DNA from: Geosiphon pyriformis uo1
Taxonomy: Eukaryota; Fungi; Glomeromycota
Reading direction: 5' to 3'
DNA: 64,000 bases
NCBI GenBank assembly: GCA_016748015.1
Contig: JAAOMT010000766.1
Coordinates: forward strand, 13,064 to 77,063
A program made the translations under genes and the position numbers. Position 1 is the stretch's first letter; each line of letters opens with the position of its first letter. The notes beneath the pieces were generated by a model, which had not been told where the DNA came from, searched no databases, and worked only from the letters and a program-made list of their open reading frames with translations. Positions 53,166 through 64,000 of the stretch are shown here, piece by piece.

Positions 53166-54071
53166 TGTTATTCATAGAATATAGGAAGTATATTAGCATA
53201 TAAATTAGCCAATCAAAAGTAGCCATAGTAAATATGGAATTCCAGAATTCCTCTCAAAGAAATTGCAGGATTCCAAGAATTTCAAAATTCTCATACAATG
53301 AATTGCAGGATTCCAGAATTCCAGGATTCCTTTCAAAGGAATTGCAGAATTCCAGAATTGCAGAATTCCTTTCAAAGAAATTGCAGGATTCCAAAAATTC
53401 CAGAATCCCTGATGGAAAGAATTAAGGAATTGAGGAATCTCAATTATGTATATATAGCAGTAGTGCTAAAAGTAGAAAAGACAGAATCTTTTAGTTAAAA
53501 ATCTCTCAGTTTAGATTTAATTTAAGTGACCTTCTAATTTACAAATATTAATAAATAATTATTTGATATCTCAATCTATTCTCCACTATTAACACTTCAT
53601 GTTGATAGTAATTGATACTTAACCACACTAAAACAATAGCTTTTGATCATGGCTATTGATGGGATACTAACTTGCAATTGCTTTTACTCATTTTTTTATC
53701 TTCCTTTATTTTCTTTTATTTCTTTTTGTTATTTTTTTTTGTTTTTACTAATTGATTAAGAATTAAGTGCTGAGTTACAGATGTTATAAGAACTGGTAAA
53801 AGACCCATGAAACAAGGGTAAAACACTCATAGATTTGAGAATAGCTTATCAGGAGAATTACTGACCATTATGCTGAAAAAAAATTTGATGGAATTGTGAT
53901 TCTGGAAGGCTACTGAAACAATTATTGAATCTCTGTCCATTATACAAAAAACTTAACAACCAAAACCTTTAGATAAACAACACCTTCAGATATTACCAAC
54001 CAAATTATCAATTAAGCACCAAGTTACAGGTTTGTTATTTGATTTGAGACTCCAAATATTCATCTGTAACA
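53166..54071 (+). mobile_element. Solo LTR (family B), opposite orientation, inserted just downstream of the B1 dUTPase
   Basis: TGTTATTCATAG...CTGTAACA; TSD ACAT at 53162-53165 and 54072-54075. Confidence 0.92.
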
Positions 54072-55036
54072 ACATCTATTTTACCTGTGAATCTGAATTT
54101 ATTTTTCCCTCTGGCTGTAATTCTTAATTTTTTTTTTGTTCTTACTAATATTAATTAAGCTATTTTTATTAGAGGTAAGAATATTGTCTGTGCTATCTTT
54201 TTGTTTGGTTTAATTATATATGGTTTTTTAATTCATTTTGTAGTATTGCAATAATATTTCTTACATATTCTGTGTCAATTATTTCTTTTTTAATGTTAAT
54301 TTTTTTTTCACTAAACTAAATTTAGATGCTAATTGAACTATTGTTGTTGCTAGAATTTCCAGTGCTATTTTCAGATCAATACTAATACATGAATGTGGTT
54401 CTAATTTGATAGCTATTTTTTCTGAATATCTAAGATTAAACCTTATATTAGTATTATGCACATGTTCTGACATAATATCTTTCTTATTATTACTGAACCA
54501 TTTTAGTTTCTGTTCTATTAACAGATTTGGAAGTACAATATATTGTTTGAAGTTATAATCAGAGTTTGAATTATTATTGTCATTATCATAATAAATAGAA
54601 TTAGAACTGTTGTCGTCATTATTATCAGAGTCTAAATTGAAGTTGAATTTCAATTTCAATTCTGTTATGCACTCATTAATTGATTCTTCCTTCTCAGGAA
54701 TTGAATAAATCATGCATGATAGTAAATTGTAGATGAGATTACAATTATTACAATATTCAAAATTACTAGAAATTAAGCAATATTTATACAGTCTTGTGTT
54801 TAGCTGTTCTAAATACTGGTTTTATTCTTTTTTAGTGAATGTTAGGTCTTAATAGTGTTTGTAAAATTGTTTTGAATCACTTAGAATATCAAGAAATGCA
54901 TTTGTATTGGGAATAAGAACAGTTTTAACTGGTTTTAATAGGTTGTTCTTAATTACTAATATTTTACTAAATAAAACATTTTCAATTTTGGCATTTGCTA
55001 TTTACCAGATTTCATTTTTGTTATGTGGATAATTAT

Positions 55037-55318
55037 TGTTATGAGATGGTTTTCTTGGTATATTTAATTGCCAATATTCTGTTTTAATTACAATCAGTCT
55101 CTCATGAGTTTTTCAATTCTATTTGTGTAATAATATTACTGTTATATTGAAGACTTTCTTTTTAATGTTGTAATATAAGTTATTTTTTAATTCTTGATTG
55201 TTGTATGTATTTATATACTTTTTTTCAGAGATTAAACTAAAATTTACCTACTGTTTGGTGTTTTCTCTAAGACTATTCTTGCAATTATCTAATGTGTTTC
55301 TCTAATCTAAAAACACAG
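55037..55318. mobile_element. Probable end of another LTR (family D, possibly related to family-A U5), interrupting B1 and itself interrupted by element E
   Basis: B1 pol stops abruptly at TGTTATGAG; short similarity of TTTCTTTTTAATGTTGTAA to the reverse complement of the family-A LTR end. Confidence 0.45.
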
Positions 55319-56736
55319 TATTATTAATAGAAAAAACATACAAGAAAATAGTAGAAAAAACAGATAAACCAATAAGAGAATAATAGCTAACACGTGAGCA
55401 CATTGCTTAACAATATGAGCATTAAAAACAAAAAAGACAGAATCAATACCAAGATCTTCCAGTTAAAACATCTTAGTTAAAATCATCAATATTAATAAAT
55501 AATTATTCACTATCTAAATTATTTTTTTCACTATTAACACTTTATGTTAATAGTATCTAATACTTGATTACACTGGAACAATAGCTCTTGATTACAGCTA
55601 TTAATGAAGACTAACTTTTATTGTCTTGGCTTAATTTCTTTATTTTCTCTTTATTTATTTTTCTTTAGTTTTGTTTCTTTGTTGTTTACTAATTGATTAA
55701 CATGTAAAGGTATTGATGTTAAGATATAGTACTGGTAAAAGACCCAAGAATAAGGGTAGACACTCGAAATTGAGAATAACTTACCAGAAAATTACTGGCT
55801 ATTAAGCTAAGAAAAAAATTGACAGAATATAAATATTCTGGAAAGTAATGAACAAAACAAGCACACCAACTTGAGAGTTGAGAAAACACTAAGAATATCA
55901 CCAAAAGATACATTTATTGAATCTCTGTCTATTATACAAAGAACTCAACCAAAACTTTTAGATAATACTTATTATATCAGCTATTAAGCACCAAGTTATG
56001 AGTTTTTTATTTGATTTGAGACCCCAAATAATCACCTGTAATATTTGGTGCTTTTTGTGAGGTATAATCCAACAGAAAACCAGCACCAACAGTAACCATC
56101 TGAAATAGTAGCAGAATTAGAAAAAATAAGGACAAATCACTTGGGATTTGTAAAATCCTTATTCCAGTATTACAAAAGACATCTTGGATTGACAAATAAT
56201 AATTGGCCAGCAGAATCAGTTTTCAATTGCTATATTCAATAAAAGAATTGTATATTATTTGGGAGACTAAGGAGATCCAAAATCCACTTTTAATAATTTC
56301 TTCAGTAAACTACTTCAAAGCACTACACTGTCACAAAATTATTTATTTGCACCATTAATTACAGAAATAAACAGAGAAATTGAAAAGTACACTAAACAAA
56401 ATTTCTCATCACTTTTGTTGACAAAAAAAAAAGAAAATTGCAAACATCAGCAAAAATCTCAAAGCAAATACAATTACTTACTTGGAAGAAACAAAGAGTT
56501 GATTCATCAATTAATTCATCATATTATTACATACCTAAAAGTACCATCAATATAATATCAACAAGCATGTTCATAGTAAATGCAACAATCTCATTAAACA
56601 GACTCCCATTCCAAAGTAAACAGAAGAAAACAGAGTTATTAGAAACCTATGACAATTATTTTGAGAGATTTAAATCACAATTCCCAATACCATCAGAATT
56701 TTGATTACTATTACCACAACCAGATTTTAAAGCCGC
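55319..56736 (+). mobile_element. Gypsy E: 5' LTR (55319-56043; C-type U3 with most of the array and TATA deleted), PBS and start of gag; interrupted by B5
   Basis: CCAATAAGAGAATA..GAGCACATTGCT U3 as in C; PBS TTTGGTGCTTTTTGTGAGG; gag remnant in ORF 56438-56704. Confidence 0.85.
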
Positions 56737-59700
56737 TGTTACTCATAGAATATAAGGAGTATATTAGCATATGAATTAGCCAATCAGAAGTAACTGTAGT
56801 AAATGTGGAATTCTAGGATTCCTCTTAAGAGGAATTACAGGATTCCAGGAATTTCAGGATTCTCGTACAAGGAATTGTAAGATTTCAGAATTCCAGAATT
56901 TTTCTCAAAAAGAATTTCAGGATTCTTGGTGTGAAAAATTGAGAAATTGAGGAATCTCAATTTTATATATATAGCAGTAGTATTAGAAGCAGAAAGAAAC
57001 AGAATCTTTTTAGTTAAAGACTTTTCAGTTTAAGATTTAATCTAAGCAACTTTTCAACTCACAAATATCAAATAAATAATTATTCTCACAATTCCAAATC
57101 TACCCTCTACTATCAACACTTTATGTTGATAGTAATTGATACTTAACTACATTGGAACAATAGCTCTTGATCATGGCTATTGACAGGATACTAATATTTA
57201 TTGCCTTGGCTCATTTCTTTTAAATTTTTTTTATTTCTGTTATCTTTTTTGTTTTACTAATCACTTGAAGATTAAGTGCTGAGTTATTGACATCACAGAT
57301 AGCCTGGTAAAAGACCCCAAAAGAAGGGTATAGAAATTGAGAATTTAAGGATAGCTTACCAAAAAGGCATCTCTGCTAAGATTACCAGCCACTATGCTGA
57401 AAAAGAAATTCGATGGAATTGCAATTCTGGGAGACTACTAGAAAAGACAACTATTGAATCTCTGTCCATTATACAAAAGACTCCACAACAAAACCTTCAG
57501 ATAAACAACACCTTCAGATATTACCAACAATACTATCAATTAAGTATCAAGTTACAGATTTGTTATTTAATTTAAGACCCCAAATAATCATCTATAACAT
57601 TTGATGCTCTCTGTAAGGTATAATTCTACAGAAAACCAGCACCAACAACAACTATCCAAAAGTGGCAGAATCAGAAATCATAAGGACAAATCATTTAGGA
57701 TTCACCAAATCTTTATTTCAACAATACAGCCAACAATTGGGCTTAACCAACAACTATTATTCAGCAGAATCTGCTTTCAACTTTTATGTCAATAAAAAGA
57801 TCACAGACTGTCTAAGAGGAACAGTTGACATTGAATCAGCAAGAGAAAACTTCTATACAGAATTATTTCAACATACCAGCTTACCAAAAAATCATAGTTT
57901 CGTATCAACCATCAGGGAAATTAACCAAACCATTGAAAGATACACTCAACAACAATTCTCTATTACCTACACAGACAAAGGCAAAAGAAAGTTACAAACA
58001 CCAGCAATAATGCCTAAAGAAATACAACTATCAACTTGGAAGAAAACAAGAATAGAATCACTAACAAATCCATCATACTACTATACACTAAGAAACACCA
58101 TCAACATCATATTAACAGGTGCATTCACATTAATTATGACATCAACATTCGGACAATTTACATTTCAGAGTAAACAAAGGAAAGAAAATTTTCTAGGACC
58201 ATATGGCATGTATTTTAAAGGATTCAAGTTATGATCACCAACACCATCAGGACTTTAATTCTCACCACTCCAACCAGATTTCAGAACCATGAGTCCTTGG
58301 AAAATAATGAAATTGGAAGGAGAACAAAAAGAAGAGGAAAAAAAATTTAAAGATCAAGAATTTACTTACCAGAACTTGATCTCCAAAAACCCAGAAGTTG
58401 AAACTCCAAGCCTTCAAACTTAGCAACATCTAAACTTAGAAAATCCAGAAATCAAAACTCCGAATATTTAAGCACTGCCAAATTAGGACAATCCAAACTC
58501 TGAGTTAATTATTCAGCAAAACTTATCTTCAGTAATTATTATTGACCAGCCACCAGTTGAACTGATTCAACAACAGCAAATACTATTGCAGCAGCCATTA
58601 CAACAACCACTTCAACTACCACAACAACTAAACACAGATCCAATAGCCTATATTCCAATAGCAAAACTTGAAAAATTTACAGAAGAAGAGAATGACACAC
58701 AAATATGGCTTAATGACATTGAAAAAACCATCACAGCCAACAGATAAAATAACATGAGAGTCCTACAAACCATCTCATATTTCTTACAGGATACTGTTAA
58801 CTTGTGATATCAAAGTTTGGCTGCTAAACTACAAACATTCTAGGAATTTAAAATTGCATTCTTGGGATATTTCAGTAATAATAACAGTATTAATTGCCTA
58901 GCCAACATCTTCACCACCATCAAACAAAAAAAAATGAAGCAGTTACCACTTACTTAGGATGCTTTTATAGAAATCTGTACCAAATTCAGGCCATATAAGC
59001 TGATTATTTTACAGCACCACAAATTCTGAATCAATTTATTAGAGGACTGTGCAGTAGCATCCTCCAATATGTATGCCCAATACATTCAGCAAATTTTCAA
59101 GCCACAGTTACAAATGCTAGAGATTTTGAATTGGCTGAACTCGAAGCAAATTATGTCCAAGCCATAAATCTAGTAATGAATGGATCATCTGAATTGGATT
59201 CTAAATTAAAACAATTCAGTGATTCAATCAATCAGAAATTAGAAGGATACTTAACTGACAATCATGTAATTTATCAATCTCCCCAATGATGCAACAATCA
59301 AGGAAACTCAAATTGTTCCCCAAAATCAATTGCATCCAGCATTGTCAATCAATTAACCATGACAACAAGAAATGCATGTATACTATTATTGTGGTAAACA
59401 AGAACATTTGCAATTTGAATGCCAAAAAAAAATAAGTGACCTAAGATCAGCTAATCAGTATCAAAACTCCAATTATTAACTACAATCACAAAATTATGTT
59501 AGTAACCAATTACTGGAACAATATCAACTGAATTACCTATCTATAATACAACAGCCAATTTATCAACCACCAGTTTATTAGCCAACAACACCTGTAATTT
59601 ATCAATCACAGTTCCAGCCTATCTATCAGCTGCAGCCTTAAATAATCTATTAACTCCAACAAATTCAAACACCACCACAAAACTTACTTCAAAATAGAAC

Positions 59701-62700
59701 CCAAAGGCCAAAACTGATACAACAGAGCTAGAGATCATTAATAGTAGTTCATCAATCAATCCCCAGTTCTTTGACCCAGTCATCAGAATCTCGACAATAA
59801 AATTCGGGCACCAGGTACACCCAAAACCCAAGTCTTCTGGTTACCCCAAAAGATGCCTCACCCAACAACCAGAAATCCAAACAAAAGCAGCCACTTACCA
59901 GCAATATTCTACCAGCAACCATCTCCAACAATGAATTCCTAACAGCTATTTTTCCTTTCAAACTCAAGAAAACCACACCAGTCTCACTATTCAGTAGGGC
60001 TGCTTTTGACACCAAACTAATCACTGTTATGTACACTGACACAAAAGTGGATGGTTATGTCATCAAACTGATCTTAAACAGTAGATCAACTGACAGTATC
60101 ATTACATGACAACTCATGGACCAATTAGGTCGCTGAGTTGATCATGCTGTCAGTGCATACATAATCACTGCTGATAAAGCAACCAAAACTCTAATCAGCA
60201 AGATCAATGATTTTCTAATAAAGGTCAATGGTATCATAGTACCAATTAAAGTATTAGTTATAGAAGCCACCCAATATCAAGCTCTAGTTGGAAATGATTG
60301 GCTGTTTAAAACCAACACAATGCTTGACTGGACCACCCAAGAGTTGCAAATCAGCCAAAATGGCCAACATACGTGAACACCAGCAACGTGTAGTTATTTC
60401 AAGATTACCAATGTGCCAACACCTTTAATAGAACTCGAAAAAGAGATAAGCAAACCTATTTGGGAAGCTTATCAAGTATTGTGAGGTAACAAAGACTACA
60501 ACAAACTATTATCAATACTCTTTTGGAACAACAATGAAAAAAGAACACAAAAGGAAGAACTTACCTGAAATGCAAACCAAATCTGGGAAACTAACAATGG
60601 CTCAGATGAACTGCCAATTTGAAAATAGAAAAAAACCGACAAAGGAAAAAAAAAAAGGAAAAAGGGAGATTTACCCGAAGAAACCACCACCACAGAAGAA
60701 ATAACTAATGGCTGAAAAAAAAAGTACTCATGAGAACCAATAATGGAACCACTATACATACCTCTCAAATGCAAAGACTGTGGAAAAAAACTTTCTTTCA
60801 TGAAAGCTTGGGTTGTGTCAGACAAAAATTACTGAATGTAAACCCACTATTACTGCAAGTCATGCCACAAAAAATGGTATAGCTATCCAAAGTAACAAGA
60901 CAAGTAGGACAATAAACCATGTCTTGCTTGTGGAGAACAGTTGCTCAATGAAGGAATGTGGAACAACATTCCTAGTTAAGGAGGAACATGTGACACTTCG
61001 TGCCAATACACAATCCTCATCAGCAACTGGGTAAATTGTAGAACACCTGTTACTGTCACCTGGCACTGAGCAATCTCACACTTAGACAGTTATTTACATG
61101 ACAAAGATGAGATCTGGCAAATAGTAAATGCTAAAATAGAAGGCATCACGTCCAATAAAATACGAGAAATCAAGAACAACCCTCCAGAACCAGTTAAAAT
61201 TGTATTGGTTCCCAATCCAAATGCTTTTTTGGATCTGAAAACAGGCCCAGAAGAATTCCATAAGCATTATCAAAATTTAGCACTTACTAAAGAAAAACAA
61301 GAGCAGCATTTAAAACAATTGAATACTTGATTATGTCAATATTGCTTAATTCCCTATGACTTTTAATATTGTAATGAGTGTGAACTCATTTACAATTCAC
61401 CAACACGCATGATCTACATGATCCCAGAAGAGGAAGAACCAATCAGCAGCTGCGTATTAGAATTGGAATCAACTTTTAATCCTAATTCAAACTCCAATAA
61501 CAATGATGATAAAAATAATAGTTCCAGTTCCATTCAAAATGGCAATAAAAATTATGATAATTCAGACTCCAATTCAAACCCCGAAACATATATCACACTT
61601 TTTGACCTCTTTAAGGAGCAAGAACTTAAATGGTTCAGTAATAACAATAAAAATATCATGCCAGAATGTGTGCATGATACTGATGCCAGGTTTGATCTAA
61701 GATATCCAGAGTAAGACATCATCAAATTGGAACCACATTTGCACACATGTATTAATCTCAAATTAGCATTAGAAATCTTAGCAACAACAATAGTTTAACT
61801 AGCATCTAGAAGTAGTTTAACAAAAAGGGAAATTAACATTAGAGAAGGAATAATTGATGCAGGATATGTAGGGAATATTATTGCAATGCTACAAAATGAT
61901 TCAAAAAAGACCTATGTTATAGAGCCAAATAAAAAGATAGCACAGGCAATATTCCTGTTTCTGGTGAAAATAGTTCAATTAGTATTAGTGGGAAACAAAG
62001 AAGAATTAGGGATTATGGCTAGAGGAATACAAGGATTTGGATCAACAGATAGAATAGATGTACCAGTTAATATGGCAGAAGAAAAAATTATTAACAAGAG
62101 AGAAATTATCTCCACCCGTCAACCAATTTCCATTCTACCATATGACCAGTACATGGTAGCCATAGAGAGAAAAGTGAAGAATCAGATTCAGATTTTTGAG
62201 GCAGAAGCAACACTTTGTGAATCAGGAGGAATTGGTTTAGTCAACTTATACATACCAGCAAAAAACCACAGTTATATTAAAATCCCCATTTACAACAACA
62301 CAGGAGATATTATCAAGATACCAGCAGAAACCACCATCAGATACTTGACCACAGAAATTGAAGACCAATTTCCAAACACCATTCCAGACTTTTCACAACT
62401 GTGCAAATATGTAGACATTACATTACAAACAATATATGGATGAGAAGAATGTTATCTGCTTTAACCAGAACAGTTGAAACAGATAAACATAGGAAACTTG
62501 GACTCATTTCAACATATTTAGCTCAAGATGTTGTTCAACAACTTTAATGACATCTTTGCCAGCAAAAATGAATTTAGCAGAACTAATATCATCTAACATC
62601 AAATCAAGACTAGAGATACAATGTCAATTAAACAGAGAGCATACAGAGTACCACCAGCTAGCCATGAGATAATTCATTAAAAAATCAATCAGATGCTTGA

Positions 62701-63878
62701 CAATGGGCTAATTCAGCCATTAATAAGCCCATGGTCATTACCAGTAGTACTAGTCCATAAGAAAAATGGAAAAATCCACTTTTATGTAGATTACTAAAAA
62801 CTGAATGGAGTAACAAAAAGAGACAGCTACTCAACTCCAAAGATCCAAGAACTTTTTGATGCTTTTGGAGAAAAGAAATGGTTTTTAACATTAAACTTAG
62901 ATAGTGGTTACTGGCAAGTAGCCATAAACTCAGAAGATAAAAAGAAGACAGCTTTTACAACATGAGAAAAAAATTTTGAATTTGAAGTAATGCCATTTGG
63001 CTTGATGAATGCACCAGCAACATTCCAATGGCTAATAGAAATTGTATATACCAGACTACTATGGAAATCAGTAGTCATATACTTGGATAACACCAATGTG
63101 TTCTCAAAAACATTTGATGATCATCTGCATTATTTCTAACAAGTGTTTGAAAGATTAAAAAGAGTTGGATTAAAGCTAAATACAACCAAATGTTTCTTTG
63201 AAAAAACTGAACTCAAGTTTTTGGAACATGTGGTAAGCAAAAACAGAATCAAAACAGATTCAGACAAGATTGAGATTGTCAAGAACTTTCTAGTACCAAA
63301 TAATCTCACAGAATTGAGAGCATTCTTGAGATTTGCTGGATACTACTGTCACTTCATCAAAGACTTTTCTAAAATAGCTCAACCACTACACCAGCTCCAA
63401 ACAAAAAACACCAAATATGAATGGACAGAAACCCAGCAAAAAGCTTTTAATACATTAAGAAGAAAGCTTATTCAAGCCCCAGTACTAATCTATCTGGATC
63501 ATAGTAAGCCATTTATAATTACAACTGATGCATTTGGTTAAGCATTGGAAGCAGTATTATCTCAGAAAAAACCCAATGGATGAGAACACCCAGTAGCTTA
63601 TGCCAGTAGAAGCTTAAGTCCAGCTGAAAAGAACTATAGAACTCCAGCACTGGAACACTTAGCTATCTATTGGGCTGTCATCAAGTAGAAAGAATACTTG
63701 AATTAAAAGTTTGAAGTGTACACTAATCACAAGAGATTGACTTCAATTCAGAAGCAAGAATTTGAAGACAATCACCATGTCAAATGGAAAATAGAACTTT
63801 TACCATTCAATTATACAGTACATTATAAAAAAGGAAAAGACAATAGAAATGCTGATGGTTTGTTACAAATGAGACAAA

Positions 63879-63880
<2 letters not shown>
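56737..63880 (+). mobile_element. Gypsy B5: 5' LTR 56737-57599, PBS, gag-pol pseudogene (N-terminal extension, capsid, CCHC, PR, Cys-rich domain, dUTPase, RT, RNase H); truncated by an assembly gap
   Basis: ORFs 57662-58234, 61409-61714, 61886-62443 and 63143-63541; PWSLPVVLV, VMPFGLMNAPATFQ, YLD(N), PVAYASR; many transition-type stops. Confidence 0.93.
56800..56960 (+). repeat. Family-B U3 array of GGAATTCC/GGATTCC/GAATTG units, between a CCAAT box (~56780) and a TATATATA box (~56964)
   Basis: Same array, with variable copy number, in the LTRs at 28.2, 31.3, 38.4, 51.3 and 53.2 kb. Confidence 0.8.
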
Positions 63881-63909
<29 letters not shown>

Positions 63910-63964
63910 TAAAACCAAAAAAAAANNNNNNNNNNNNNNNNNNNNAAAAAAAAAATGCTAATGG

Positions 63965-64000
<36 letters not shown>
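63881..64000. other. Low-quality contig end: poly-A runs and N gap
   Basis: N stretch at ~63926-63945; re-read fragment of the preceding sequence (AATGCTAATGGTTTGTT). Confidence 0.9.

Larger units (their letters stand above)
27465..55036 (-). mobile_element. Gypsy B1 (dUTPase lineage), oldest host of the nest; own sequence at 27465-30702, 51546-53165 and 54072-55036; 5' part lies beyond further insertions
   Basis: 3' LTR 27465-28401, PPT, ORF3, IN, RH; RH continues seamlessly across B2 (TSD CAGT); RT at 51.8-52.7 kb; dUTPase at ~54.1-54.5 kb. Confidence 0.85.

Noticed and set aside
53234-53498. Repetitive ORFs (RNCRIP / ELQDSRIP)
   Set aside because: Translation of the U3 GGAATTCC array; non-coding
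53880-54030. ATG-started ORF inside U5 (MEL.FW...ESLSIIQK...STKLQ) that could splice in frame onto gag
   Set aside because: Its phase at the candidate donor differs among LTR copies (0 at 54.0 kb; 2 at 30.7, 40.6 and 50.7 kb; 1 at 27.5 kb) because of repeat indels, so it is not a constrained coding exon; kept only as an alternative hypothesis
63881-64000. Poly-A tract as a retroposed tail
   Set aside because: Adjacent to an N gap and contains a garbled copy of upstream sequence; assembly artefact

Overview
Eukaryotic, intron-rich, very AT-rich fungal DNA. The gene style and TE families suggest a Glomeromycotina/Mucoromycota fungus; this is inference, not a database result. A compact ~5.8 kb island (15.2-21.0 kb) holds three intact housekeeping genes: PheRS beta subunit (FRS1), ribosomal protein uS8 (RPS22) and ornithine aminotransferase (CAR2). 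RPS22 intron 2 contains a clear H/ACA snoRNA with snR44 guide specificity. Two decayed RNase H-containing LINEs point away from the island on either side. Almost everything else is a deep nest of decayed Ty3/Gypsy LTR retrotransposons and solo LTRs, resolvable by TG..CA ends and 4-bp TSDs, all riddled with C>T/G>A changes. The dominant Gypsy lineage is unusual. It has one long ORF (apparently GUG-started N-terminal extension, Gag, CCHC, protease, a Cys-rich Zn-like domain, a full five-motif dUTPase, RT, RNase H, integrase). A conserved non-Env third ORF, shared with a second Gypsy family, lies before the PPT. The LTRs have swappable palindromic U3 arrays, a conserved twin hairpin and a U5 'anti-PBS' motif. 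Pseudogene and fossil boundaries are approximate and read by eye.
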